Shown here piece by piece: positions 20,720 to 32,307 of a stretch of DNA of 64,000 nucleotides. The number at the start of each line of letters is the position of its first letter. Within the stretch, counting starts at the first letter, position 1. The stretch lies in assembly GCA_963738945.1 (NCBI GenBank), contig CAVTYD010000003.1, forward strand, positions 601,385 to 665,384. Reading direction: 5' to 3'. Both the position numbers and the translations under genes were made by a program. Source of the stretch: an uncultured Acidobacteriota bacterium (GTDB lineage: Bacteria > Acidobacteriota > Thermoanaerobaculia > UBA5066 > Gp7-AA6). A model generated the notes under the pieces. That model was not told the DNA's origin. It worked only from the letters and a program-made list of their open reading frames with translations, and made no database searches.

Positions 20720-21925
20720 ATGCCCCTGACGCGACGACTCTGGATGACGGCCTCGGGTGCCGCCGCGGCGGCCGCCCTCGCGCCGGCGGTCTCTCGCGCC
20801 TCCGCGACGCCACCTCTTCCCCTGCCGCCTCCGCTGCCCGCCGACGCGTTTCGCGACCGCCAGGCGCGCTTGCGCGCCGGGGCGAAAGCCGCCGGCCTGG
20901 CCGCGCTCTTCGTCACGCCCTCCACGAACCTGGCCTGGGCCGCCAACCTCGCGATCGGCCGCAGCGAACGACTGACGGCCCTGGTCCTGGTCGTGGACGG
21001 CCCCGCCATTCTCGTGACGCCTTCCTTCGAGGCCGACAATCATCGGCGCGACGCCGTCGTCGACGACATCGTGCCGTGGAAAGAGGACGAAGACCCGATC
21101 GCGGCGGTCGTCCGCATCGTTCCGCGCGGCGCCCTCGGCATCGAGGGGACGACGGCCTACGACACGGTCACGCGCCTGACGGCCGCCGCGCCGATCGAGC
21201 CCCGCGACGCCGGCGAAACGTTCGACGCGCTGCGGCGGGTCAAGAGCGCGGAGGAGCAGTCCTTCATCCGGGAGGCGGCGCGGCGTACGAACCTCGCCAT
21301 CGAGGCGACGCACCGCGGCCTCGCGGCCGGCAAGACCGAAGGGGAAATCTCGGCCGTTCTGGAAAGCGAGTTCCAGACCCTCGGGGTGCGCGGCGGCGGC
21401 CTCGTGCAGTTCGGCCCGTCGGCGGCCTTTCCTCACGGCGCGCCCGGCGAACGCCGTCTCGCCCGGGGCGACGTCGTTCTCATCGACGCCGGCTGCAAGG
21501 TTCACGGCTACAACTCCGACGTCACGCGGACCGTGTCGTTCGGTCCGCCTTCCGACGAGCTGCGCCGCGTCTACGACGCGGTCGATCGCGCGCAGCGGGC
21601 CGGCATCGAGGCGCTGCGCTCGGGCGCGAGCGGCGAGGCCGTGGATCACGCCGCCCGCCGGGTGATCGAGGAGGCGGGCTGGGGCGACGGATTCACACAC
21701 CGGCTCGGGCACGGCCTCGGAATGGACGGGCACGAGTCGCCGTATCTGGTCCGAGGCAACGGCGCGGCGCTATCGGCCGGCAACACGGTGACGGTCGAGC
21801 CCGGAATCTATCTGCCTGGAAAGTTCGGCGTGCGCATCGAAGACGACTACGCGGTTCGCGACTCGGCGCCGCCCGGCGCACTCTCGGTCCGGCCCGCCGA
21901 GCTCGTCGCGCTGAAGGCCCGCTGA
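20720..21925 (+). CDS. Xaa-Pro peptidase (M24B) with Tat signal peptide
   Basis: LTRRLWM twin-arginine signal; VKSAEE, PHG, LIDAG, SDVTRT, HRLGHGLGMDGHE, TVEPGIY, GVRIED. Confidence 0.9.
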   Translation: MPLTRRLWMTASGAAAAAALAPAVSRASATPPLPLPPPLPADAFRDRQARLRAGAKAAGLAALFVTPSTNLAWAANLAIGRSERLTALVLVVDGPAILVTPSFEADNHRRDAVVDDIVPWKEDEDPIAAVVRIVPRGALGIEGTTAYDTVTRLTAAAPIEPRDAGETFDALRRVKSAEEQSFIREAARRTNLAIEATHRGLAAGKTEGEISAVLESEFQTLGVRGGGLVQFGPSAAFPHGAPGERRLARGDVVLIDAGCKVHGYNSDVTRTVSFGPPSDELRRVYDAVDRAQRAGIEALRSGASGEAVDHAARRVIEEAGWGDGFTHRLGHGLGMDGHESPYLVRGNGAALSAGNTVTVEPGIYLPGKFGVRIEDDYAVRDSAPPGALSVRPAELVALKAR

Positions 21926-21937
21926 GGAGAACGATCG

Positions 21938-23275
21938 ATGCTCAACGCGGCTCTCGCGGCGCTTCTCGCCTTACAGGCGGCCTCCGGATCCCCGAACGTG
22001 GCCCCGCCCCCGCCCTCCTCGGCGAACCCGGGCGCCGCCGTCAATCCGCCGTCGTCCGGATACGTGCCGCCCGCCTCGGGGTACGTTCCCGGGCCGGGAG
22101 AGGCTCCGGCTCCGGCCGAGGCGCCTTCCTCCTCCGAGCCCGCGGCCGCTGCGACGAGGCCGGCGGCGCGCGCCGCGACTCCGACCCCGCCGCCCCGCGC
22201 CGTTCCGACACCCGGACCCCGGCCCTCCGGCGACAGCCTGTTCGTCGTGAACAAGTCCGACGACTCCGTTTCGATCCTCGACGCGACGAGCGGACGGCCG
22301 CGCTTCACCGTTCGGGTCGATCCCGGGCCTCACGAGGTCGAGACGTTCGCGGATGGGCGCCTGGCCGCGGTCTCGAGCTACGGAAGCAAGAGCGCGCCCG
22401 GACGGACCGTCTCGCTCGTGGACGTCGGCTCGGGCAAGGTCCTCTCGAAGATCGACATCGGCGAAGGCTCGCGTCCGCACGGCCTGAAGGCCCTGCGCGA
22501 CGGCCGGCTGCTCGTGACCGCCGAGGGCGTCCGCGAGCTCGCCGTCGTCAATCCCCGTGAGGGGAAGGTCGTCGCGCGGTACCCGACCGGACACGACATC
22601 TCCCACCTCGTGGCCGCGTCTCCGGACGGCAAGCGCGCTTTCGTGACGTCGCTGTCGGCCGGGGCCGTGACGGTCATCGACCTCCAGACGGGCAAGGTGA
22701 TCAAGGACATTCCGACGGGAAAGGGCGCCGAGGGGCTCGACGTCACGCCCGACGGACGCGAAGTCTGGGTCGCCAACCGCGCCGCGAACACGATCAGCGT
22801 CATCGACGTCAAGACCCTCGAGCCCGTCTTCACGATTCCGGCCTCGGAGTTTCCGATCCGGGTCAAGATCACTCCCGATGGCCGGCGCGCCGTCGTCACC
22901 TTCACCGGATCCGGCGACGTCCGTGTCTACGACACCGCGACGCGCGCCGAGAAGGGCCGGGTGGCGATCGGACGCGATGCCGTCTCGAACACGGAGTCGC
23001 GCGTCTTCCATAACCGCTTCGGCAAGAGTCCCGCGCCCGTGGGATTGCTGATCTCGCCCGACGGCCGGAGGGCCTTCGTCTCCGCCGCTTACGCGGACGT
23101 GGTCTCCGTCATCGACCTCGAGAAGATGCGCGTGGAGGACGCGTGGACCGCCGGACGGGAGCCGGACGGCCTCGCCCTGAGCGTCGGCGTCCAGCCCACG
23201 CCGGTGCCGACCGGACCGCGGCGGCAGGCGGCCCCCACGCCGCCGCGCATGGTCACGCCACGCCCGCGCGGGTAG
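21938..23275 (+). CDS. Secreted YVTN/YncE beta-propeller protein with Pro/Ala-rich linker
   Basis: Repeats such as SPDGKRAFV, TPDGREVWVANR..NTISVID and TPDGRRAVV; signal peptide. Confidence 0.85.
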   Translation: MLNAALAALLALQAASGSPNVAPPPPSSANPGAAVNPPSSGYVPPASGYVPGPGEAPAPAEAPSSSEPAAAATRPAARAATPTPPPRAVPTPGPRPSGDSLFVVNKSDDSVSILDATSGRPRFTVRVDPGPHEVETFADGRLAAVSSYGSKSAPGRTVSLVDVGSGKVLSKIDIGEGSRPHGLKALRDGRLLVTAEGVRELAVVNPREGKVVARYPTGHDISHLVAASPDGKRAFVTSLSAGAVTVIDLQTGKVIKDIPTGKGAEGLDVTPDGREVWVANRAANTISVIDVKTLEPVFTIPASEFPIRVKITPDGRRAVVTFTGSGDVRVYDTATRAEKGRVAIGRDAVSNTESRVFHNRFGKSPAPVGLLISPDGRRAFVSAAYADVVSVIDLEKMRVEDAWTAGREPDGLALSVGVQPTPVPTGPRRQAAPTPPRMVTPRPRG

Positions 23276-23313
23276 CCCGTTCTCCCGTTCCGCGAGACCC
23301 GGGCCGGCGGTAG

Positions 23314-23474
23314 CAGGCTGCTGAAAAGTGGATGCGGACGTCGTGTCCGCACTTTGCATTCGGCACCCGACGATCGGCCGAGCGTGAACGGACTCTCCCG
23401 TGCTTCGACGGCCGCCGGCAAAGTGCCGGCCACCCTTCGGGTTACGCCGCCTCACACCCTTTTTCAGCAGCCTG
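23314..23474. mobile_element. Non-autonomous MITE with IS5-like terminal inverted repeats
   Basis: CAGGCTGCTGAAAA (23314-23327) and TTTTCAGCAGCCTG (23461-23474), flanked by GTAG and CTAG; internal hairpins; no transposase. Confidence 0.75.
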
Positions 23475-23487
23475 CTAGAGTTCCTCC

Positions 23488-24585
23488 ATTCCGAACGCCC
23501 CCGGCTCTCGGCTCGACTCCGTGGACGTCCTGCGCGGCGCCACGATCGCCGGCATGATCGTCGTCAACGACCCGGGGACGTGGTCGTCGGTGTACCCGCC
23601 GCTGCTCCACGCCGAGTGGGACGGATGGACGTACACCGACACGATCTTTCCGTTTTTCCTCTTCATCGTGGGAGTCTCGATGGCGCTTTCGCTCGGCCAT
23701 CGGCGCGCCGAGGGGTCGTCGCCACGCTCGATCTTCCGGCATCTCGCGTGGCGCGCCGCGGCGCTCGTCGGACTCGGTCTCGCGCTGAACTTCGCGGGGT
23801 TTCTCGCCCTCCACCGCGACCAATTCCGTTATCCCGGGATCCTGCAGCGCATCGGCCTCTGTGTCCTCGTCGCGGGCGCGGTCTGGCTGGCCGGCGGAGC
23901 CCGGGCGGCCGCGATGGGCGCGGCCGTTCTCCTCGCCGGCTATGCGCTCCTCCTCGGCAACGGCCCGCTCGACCCCGAGGCCAACGTCGCCGCTCGCCTC
24001 GACCGCCTCGTCCTCGGCGGCCACCTCTGGAAGCCGGGGTGGGACCCGGAGGGCCTCCTCTCGACGCTCCCCGCGATCGCGACGACGCTTCTGGGCTCGA
24101 TCGCCGGGCAATGGCTCCGGACGCGCGGCGGATCGGGGCGCTCGCTCGTCGGAATCGCCGCGCTCGGCCTCGCGGCGTGCGGGGCGGGCTTGCTGTGGGG
24201 GCGCGCGATCCCGATCAACAAGAGCCTCTGGACTCCGCCCTACGCGCTCCTGATGTCGGGACTGGCCGCCGTGAGCCTCGCGGCCTGCGCCGGGATCGTG
24301 GACGTCCTCGGCTGGAAGCGCTGGACGGCTCCCCTGGTCTGGCTCGGGCGCAATGCGATCGCGGCCTTCACGCTCTCGGTCCTCGGCGCCATCGTGCTCC
24401 TCGCCGTGCACGTGACCGGCCCGGACGGGAAACCGCAATCGCTGTGGAGCGCGATCTACCGCGGCGTCTTCGACCGGTTCGGCGATCCGCGCCTGGGGTC
24501 GCTGCTCTTCGCGCTCGCGTATCTCGCCGCCTGGACGCTTCTCTTCGGCGCGCTCTACCGCCGCCGGATCTTCATCAAGATCTGA
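23488..24585 (+). CDS. DUF5009/NagX-like (heparan-alpha-glucosaminide N-acetyltransferase-like) membrane protein
   Basis: RLDSVDVLRG, MIVVN.PG, LLHAEWDG.T.TD.IFPFFLFIVG, GILQRI, DPEGLLST, PINKSLWT. The first canonical start is GTG 23521, but the conserved RLxS lies upstream; the frame is open back to ATT 23488. Confidence 0.85.
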   Translation: MPNAPGSRLDSVDVLRGATIAGMIVVNDPGTWSSVYPPLLHAEWDGWTYTDTIFPFFLFIVGVSMALSLGHRRAEGSSPRSIFRHLAWRAAALVGLGLALNFAGFLALHRDQFRYPGILQRIGLCVLVAGAVWLAGGARAAAMGAAVLLAGYALLLGNGPLDPEANVAARLDRLVLGGHLWKPGWDPEGLLSTLPAIATTLLGSIAGQWLRTRGGSGRSLVGIAALGLAACGAGLLWGRAIPINKSLWTPPYALLMSGLAAVSLAACAGIVDVLGWKRWTAPLVWLGRNAIAAFTLSVLGAIVLLAVHVTGPDGKPQSLWSAIYRGVFDRFGDPRLGSLLFALAYLAAWTLLFGALYRRRIFIKI

Positions 24586-24600
24586 CCCGGCGAAGCCGCG

Positions 24601-25386
24601 TCACTCCGGCTGGAAGATCGAGAAGACCGCACCCTGGGGGTCCTGGACGACCGCGAAGCGTCCGACTCCCGGAAGGTCCTTCGGCTCGACGAAGAGCTTC
24701 CCGCCGAGCGACTTCGCCTTCGTGGCGGCGGCGGCGCAGTCGGCGACCTGGAAGTAGGCGGTCCAGTTCGGAGGCATCGGGCCCATCTCCGGGCCGATCG
24801 GATAGACGCCGCCCATCGACTGGCCGTTGCGCTGGATCTCGGTGTACGGCATTCCGTCGCCCTTCGGCTCGAGCCAGGTCCACCCGAAGACGCTCCCATA
24901 GAACTTCCGGGCCGAATCGACGTCACGCGTCGCGAGCTCGAGCCAGCACGGAGCGCCCGCCTCGCCGAACCGGCCGACTCCCGGATGCGTGCCCGGCTGC
25001 CAGACCGCCAGCGTCGCCCCCGTCGGGTCCTGCAGGATCGCCATCCGGCCATAGTCCATGACGTCGAAGGGCTCGGCGCAGACCTTCCCGCCGAGCGCCT
25101 TCGCCTTCTTCGCCGCCTCGTCGGCGTTCGTGACGGTCACGTAGCAGAGCCAGAAGGGCGGCACGCCCTGCGTCTGCTGCTCGCGCATCATCGGGTAGAG
25201 CGCCCCGACGTCGTCGCCGCCGAGCTGGAGGCGCGTGTAGATGTCCTCGGGACCCGGGCCCATCGGACCGTCGGTGTAGCTCCAGCCGAAGAGCGCCGTA
25301 TAGAAGGCCTTGGCCCCCTTCGGGTCGGTCGTCGCCAGCTCGACCCACGAAAAAGCACCGGGCTCGTGGCGGGTCACCTTCGTCAT
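24601..25386 (-). CDS. VOC/glyoxalase family protein (two domains)
   Basis: PGAFSWVELATTD...FYTALFGW; GRMAILQDPTGA; second copy PCWLELAT...GRFAVVQDPQGA. AAGGAGG RBS. Confidence 0.9.
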   Translation of the reverse strand: MTKVTRHEPGAFSWVELATTDPKGAKAFYTALFGWSYTDGPMGPGPEDIYTRLQLGGDDVGALYPMMREQQTQGVPPFWLCYVTVTNADEAAKKAKALGGKVCAEPFDVMDYGRMAILQDPTGATLAVWQPGTHPGVGRFGEAGAPCWLELATRDVDSARKFYGSVFGWTWLEPKGDGMPYTEIQRNGQSMGGVYPIGPEMGPMPPNWTAYFQVADCAAAATKAKSLGGKLFVEPKDLPGVGRFAVVQDPQGAVFSIFQPE

Positions 25387-25488
25387 GGGAGCCTCCTTCC
25401 TTCTCGCCCCGGGGACGGACCTGTCTACACTATTCGAAGTTCTGCCGTGCGGGTTTTCCTCCGCGCGGCCTCCGTTAAGATCTCGCGG

Positions 25489-26385
25489 ATGAAGACGCCG
25501 AAGCGTTCCGAGCGGGAGATCGACCGCATCCTCGCCCGATACCGCGTGCACCCGGGCAAGACCTTTCGCCTCGATCGCGTCGACCCGGCCGACACGGCGG
25601 GCATGGCCGACGAGAGCCAGGACGCCAGGCACATGCTGCGCCGGGGCATCGACGTGCTCGCGGAGCTGCAGGCGAAGCTCTACGCCCAGGACCGCTGGGG
25701 CGTCCTGATCGTCCTCCAGGCCATGGACGCCGCCGGAAAGGACGGAACGATCAAGCACGTCCTCTCCGGCATCAATCCGCAGGGCGTCCAGGTCTTCTCC
25801 TTCAAGGCACCGTCGTCGGAGGAGATCGACCACGATTTTCTGTGGCGCTCCATGCGCTGCCTTCCGGAGCGCGGGCGCATCGGGATCTTCAACCGGTCGT
25901 ACTACGAAGAGGTCCTGGTCGTGCGCGTGCATCCGGAGATCCTCGCGACGCAGAAGCTTCCCGCCCGGCTCGTCACGAGGCGGATCTGGGAGGAGCGCTA
26001 CGAGGACATCAACGCTTTCGAGCGCTACCTGGCGCGCAACGGCATCGTGGTCCTCAAGTTCTTCCTCTGCGTCTCGAAGAAGGAGCAGAAGCGGCGATTT
26101 CTCGCGAGGCTCGACGACCCCGAGAAGAACTGGAAGTTCTCGCTGGCGGACGCGAAGGAGCGCGGGTTCTGGAACGACTACATGACGGCGTACGAGGACG
26201 CGATCCGCGCCACGAGCACGCCCTGGGCGCCCTGGCACGTCGTGCCGGCCGACCACAAGTGGTTCACGCGCCTCGTCGTGGGAGCCACGCTCGTCCGCAC
26301 GCTCGAGGGCCTGGACCTTCGCTATCCGAAGGTCGGCAAGAGCCGCCGCAAGGAGCTCGCGGCGGTTCGAGAGGCTCTCGGCTAG
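25489..26385 (+). CDS. ppk2: Polyphosphate kinase 2 family (class III-like)
   Basis: LQAMDAAGKDGTIKHV, SFKAPS..E..HDFLWR, IFNRSYYEEVL, KNWKFS, VPADHKW. Confidence 0.92.
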   Translation: MKTPKRSEREIDRILARYRVHPGKTFRLDRVDPADTAGMADESQDARHMLRRGIDVLAELQAKLYAQDRWGVLIVLQAMDAAGKDGTIKHVLSGINPQGVQVFSFKAPSSEEIDHDFLWRSMRCLPERGRIGIFNRSYYEEVLVVRVHPEILATQKLPARLVTRRIWEERYEDINAFERYLARNGIVVLKFFLCVSKKEQKRRFLARLDDPEKNWKFSLADAKERGFWNDYMTAYEDAIRATSTPWAPWHVVPADHKWFTRLVVGATLVRTLEGLDLRYPKVGKSRRKELAAVREALG

Positions 26386-26442
26386 AAACCGCCGCATGGG
26401 AGGCCCGGTGCTAGGATCCGGGCGAGTCGAAAGGGGGCGTCC

Positions 26443-27228
26443 GTGAAGAGAGTGCTGGGTTTGGTTTTGCTCCTCGGTGCGTCTGCCGCGGGCGCGGCGC
26501 GCGCGCAGGAATGCCCCTGCCCCGTCCCCGAGCCGCCTCCGCCGGTCTGGTTCGGTAAGGCCGAGCTGGCGTTTCTCTCCACCTCGGGCAACACCGACAC
26601 GACCTCGGTCGGCGGAAGCTTCGAGCTCAACTACAACCCCAAACCGTGGCTCTTCACCCTGAAGGGCTCCGCCCTCCACGCCGCGACCGACGGAGTCACC
26701 ACGGCCGAGAACTTCACGGCTTCGATGCAGGCCTCGCGGGACCTGACGGACCGCCTCGACGTCTTCGCGCGCGCCGGCTGGCTGCGCAACGAATTCTCGG
26801 GCATCAACAACATTTACAACTTCGACGGTGGCGCCGGGTTCAAGCTCCTGAAGTCGGACACGCAGTTCCTGCGTGTGGAAGGCGGCTTCGGCTACACGAC
26901 CGAGCAGGACATCGTGCTCGGCCTTATCGCCCCGTACCGCAACTACGCGAACGTGCGGGCCGGCCTCGGTTACAAGTGGCAGATCACGAAGACCGCGTCG
27001 TTCTCGAACGACTTCTCCTACCTGCTCGACCTCTCCGACTCCCAGAACTGGTTCATCACGGACAAGGCCGCCATCGCGGTCTCCATATCGAAGATCTTCG
27101 CCCTGCAGGCGTCGTGGACGCTGCTCTACCGCAACGAGCCGCCCATCAAGGACGCGTCGACCATTCCCCTGACGCGCTACGACAACACGGATACGGCGAC
27201 GGCGGTGGGCCTCGTCGCGAAGTTCTAG
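26443..27228 (+). CDS. DUF481/YdiY-like outer-membrane beta-barrel protein
   Basis: Signal peptide; W.GKAELAFLSTSGNTDT; alternating beta-strand pattern; C-terminal Phe. Confidence 0.8.
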   Translation: MKRVLGLVLLLGASAAGAARAQECPCPVPEPPPPVWFGKAELAFLSTSGNTDTTSVGGSFELNYNPKPWLFTLKGSALHAATDGVTTAENFTASMQASRDLTDRLDVFARAGWLRNEFSGINNIYNFDGGAGFKLLKSDTQFLRVEGGFGYTTEQDIVLGLIAPYRNYANVRAGLGYKWQITKTASFSNDFSYLLDLSDSQNWFITDKAAIAVSISKIFALQASWTLLYRNEPPIKDASTIPLTRYDNTDTATAVGLVAKF

Positions 27229-27253
27229 ACGAGTCGCGGAAGCGGGCTCGGGA

Positions 27254-29116
<1,863 letters not shown>

Positions 29117-29187
29117 CCAGCCTGGAGTCTACACCCGCGGACCCGGTCATGATTTGTCCGGCGACTGCGTAAGAATGCGGCTGGTCG

Positions 29188-32100
29188 ATGTCGAAACAGC
29201 CCTTCCTTCCCTTCGACGAACCCGAGGCGCCTTCGCCGGAAGCGTCGCCGACGCCTTCGAGCGAGGCCTCGCCGTTGATCGCGGCGCTCGCTCGCGCATG
29301 CGCGAGCGCCGCCCTCGCCGAAAAGGTCCTCGTCGCCCCGACACTCTTCGTCGGCCACACGCTCGTCGAACGCCTCGCGCGCGAAGGGCATCGCTGGATG
29401 AACCTGCGCGTCGAGACGATCCGGACGCTCGCCCTCCGTCTCGTCGACGCCGACCTCGTTCGCGACGGGCTCCGCCTGCTCTCCCGCGCGCAGGCGCTGG
29501 CGCTCGTCGAGCAGGCCTGCGGCGAATTCCTGAAGGCGGACGGCTACTTCGCGGCGCTGCGCGACCGGCCCGGGTTCCATCGCGCCCTGCAACGCACCTT
29601 CGAGGAGCTCCGGGGAGCCGGAATCCCCGCCGCCGACCTCCCGGCCGATGCCTTCGCCGACCGGCGCAAGCGCGAAGAGCTGCGCGGCATCCTCGCTCGA
29701 TACGAAGCGGCGCTCTCCGCCTCCCGCTGGGTGGATCGCGCGGACGTCGTTCGCCGGGCGCTCGAGGCCGCGCGGGCGGGCCGGCGGCTGCCGGGAGAGA
29801 TCCTCTACCTCGCGCCCCGCGACCTGGATCTGTCGACGGTCGACCGCGCGCTTCTCGAGCGGCTCTCCGACGGCCGCCTCGAGACGCTCGAGACGGAGCC
29901 GGCGGACGCGTGGTCCGCGAAAGCCGCGCGCGCCGCGCTGTTCCGCGCGACCGGCGAGGAGAACGAGATTCGCGAGGTGTTTCGCCGCGTGCTCGCGGAA
30001 CGGATCCCCTTCGACGACGTCGAGATCGTCGCGACGGACTCTCGCCTCTACGCGGCGCTCGCCTACGAGCTCGCGCGCGAGCACGCCGTGCCATGCACGT
30101 TCTCGGCGGGTATCGGTGTGGCGTTCACCCGTCCCGGCCAATCCGCCCTGGCGTTCCTGGGCTGGATCGCCGACGGCTTCGGCGCGGACTCGCTCCGCCG
30201 TGCTCTCTCCTCCGCGGCGCTGACGCTCGCGCGGCTGCCGGGAGGCGGTCCGGACGCCCCCGGCGCGCGCGCGGCCGGCCGCGTCCTGCGCGAGGCGCGC
30301 ATCGGCTGGGGCGCGGCGCGGCACCGCGCGGCGCTCGATCGGCTCGTCGCGGAGCTCTCGAAGCCGGACGAGGGGGGCCGGGAGGACGACGACGCGGGCG
30401 AGGAGGAGCGGCGCGAGCACGCGAGGCGCCGGGAGCGCCGGCTGGCCGTGGCGCGGCGGACTCGCGACTTCGTGGGCCGTGCGCTCGAGCTCGCCGAATG
30501 CGCGGCCGGAACGTCGTGCGATCTCCGCGCGCTCGCATCGGCGACGCGCACGTTCGTGACCGAGTTCGCGCGCATCGCCGACCCGCTCGACGGCGCCGCG
30601 CTCGCGGGACTCCAGACGCTCCTCGAGGAGCTCGAGCTGCTTTCTCCCGCCGCCCTCTCGCCGGCCGAGGCGGCGGCGCGACTGGCCGACGCGGTGCGCG
30701 GCCTCTCGGTCGAGTCGGACCGCGCGCGGCCCGGCCGGATTCACGTCACCGACGTCGGGAGCGGCGGGTATTCCGGCCGGCGTCACGCGTTCCTCGTCGG
30801 ACTGGACGAGGCGCGCCACCCGGGCGCGGACCTCGAGGACCCGGTCCTCCTGGACGAAGAGCGCCGCAAGATCAACCGGGCGCTCGCGCCCGCCGAGCTC
30901 TCTCTGTTCCGCGACCGCCCGCGCGACGCCGGACGCGCGCTCGAGGCGTGCGTGGCGCGATTCGCCGGCGAGCTGACGGCGAGCTACTCGAGCTGGAAGC
31001 TGCGCAGCCTCGACCAGCAGAGCGAGCAGTTCCCGTCCCCGTTCTTCCTCGAGCTCTACCGGGCGGCGAGCGGGACACCCCGCGCCGACTACACGCAGCT
31101 CGCCGACGCGCTGCCGGCCGCGGCGGGATTCGCGCCCGGCCCGCATGCCGCGCTGGACGAGACCGAGTGGTGGCTTTCGGCGCTGACCCGGGTACGGGGC
31201 GCGTCCGGCGGCGCCGCGGCGGAAGCCGTCGCCGCGCTGTACCCGCACCTTCGGGACGGACGCCGCGCGGAGGAGGCGCGCGCGTCGGACGCGTTCACCG
31301 TCTACGACGGCTGGGTGCGCGCCGGGACCCCGGAGCTCGATCCGCGCGCCGGCGGCGCCCCGCAGTCCGCCTCCCGGCTCCAGCTGCTCGCGGCCTGTCC
31401 GTTCCGCTACTTCGTTCGCTACGTTCTCGGCGTCGAATCGCCCGAAACGGCGGAGCGCGATCGCACGCGATGGCTCGACCCGCTCATGGCGGGCTCGCTG
31501 CTCCACGACACGTTCCGCCTGTTCTTCGAGCGGATCACGGCGAAGGGCGAGAAGCCGGCCGTCGCGCGCCACGCCGCGCTCATCGAGGAGGTCGCCGAGG
31601 AACAGATTCGAGCCTGGCGCGAGCGGATCCCCCCGCGCAGCGAGATCGCGTTCTCCGAGCGGCGCGCGGAGATCCTCTTCGCCTGCCGCGTGTTTCTCCA
31701 GCTCGAGGAGGAGCATTGCCGCGACGTCACGCCCCGCTTTTTCGAGGTGCCGTTCGGCCTGCCCCGCGCCGATCTGCGCGGCCCGATCGCGAGCCGCGAG
31801 GCCGTGTCGATCGACGCCGGAGGAGGCCGCTCCTTCGCGCTGCGGGGCTCGATCGACCGGGTGGACGAGAGGCCGGACGGCGCCTTCGAGGTCTGGGACT
31901 ACAAGACGGGCGCCGCGTTTCGCTTCTCCGAGGCACGCGGCCTCGACGGAGGGCGGCGGATCCAGTATGCGCTCTACGCCCTCGCTCTCGAGGCGCTGCT
32001 CGAGCGCGCGGGACTCCCGGCGCGCGTCGCGCATTCGGGCTACTTCTTCCCCGGGCGGCGCGGCGAGGGACAGCGCTTCCGGATGCCGCTCGATCTCGAG

Positions 32101-32307
32101 AAGACGCGCGACACGCTCAATCGCCTGATGGATCTCCTCGCCGCCGGCGCGTTCCCGCACGCGCTCGCCCCCGGAGACTGCGGCTTCTGCGACTACGAGT
32201 CGGTCTGCGGAGGCGTGGGCCCCGCCTCGGAGCGCGCGAAGGCCAAGCTCGCGTCCCCTCCGCTCGACGCCCTGAGGGCCTTCCGGGAAATGCATGACGA
32301 AGACTGA
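29188..32307 (+). CDS. AddB-like inactive helicase with PD-(D/E)XK nuclease and Fe-S cysteines
   Basis: SASRLQLLAACPFRYF, GSLLH, LRGSIDRVD...VWDYKTG, IQYALY, CGFCDYESVC. Confidence 0.85.
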   Translation: MSKQPFLPFDEPEAPSPEASPTPSSEASPLIAALARACASAALAEKVLVAPTLFVGHTLVERLAREGHRWMNLRVETIRTLALRLVDADLVRDGLRLLSRAQALALVEQACGEFLKADGYFAALRDRPGFHRALQRTFEELRGAGIPAADLPADAFADRRKREELRGILARYEAALSASRWVDRADVVRRALEAARAGRRLPGEILYLAPRDLDLSTVDRALLERLSDGRLETLETEPADAWSAKAARAALFRATGEENEIREVFRRVLAERIPFDDVEIVATDSRLYAALAYELAREHAVPCTFSAGIGVAFTRPGQSALAFLGWIADGFGADSLRRALSSAALTLARLPGGGPDAPGARAAGRVLREARIGWGAARHRAALDRLVAELSKPDEGGREDDDAGEEERREHARRRERRLAVARRTRDFVGRALELAECAAGTSCDLRALASATRTFVTEFARIADPLDGAALAGLQTLLEELELLSPAALSPAEAAARLADAVRGLSVESDRARPGRIHVTDVGSGGYSGRRHAFLVGLDEARHPGADLEDPVLLDEERRKINRALAPAELSLFRDRPRDAGRALEACVARFAGELTASYSSWKLRSLDQQSEQFPSPFFLELYRAASGTPRADYTQLADALPAAAGFAPGPHAALDETEWWLSALTRVRGASGGAAAEAVAALYPHLRDGRRAEEARASDAFTVYDGWVRAGTPELDPRAGGAPQSASRLQLLAACPFRYFVRYVLGVESPETAERDRTRWLDPLMAGSLLHDTFRLFFERITAKGEKPAVARHAALIEEVAEEQIRAWRERIPPRSEIAFSERRAEILFACRVFLQLEEEHCRDVTPRFFEVPFGLPRADLRGPIASREAVSIDAGGGRSFALRGSIDRVDERPDGAFEVWDYKTGAAFRFSEARGLDGGRRIQYALYALALEALLERAGLPARVAHSGYFFPGRRGEGQRFRMPLDLEKTRDTLNRLMDLLAAGAFPHALAPGDCGFCDYESVCGGVGPASERAKAKLASPPLDALRAFREMHDED

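Noticed and set aside
21990-22230. Pro/Ala-rich low-complexity stretch with a short internal repeat (SGYVP twice)
   Set aside because: An ordinary flexible linker inside the YVTN protein.
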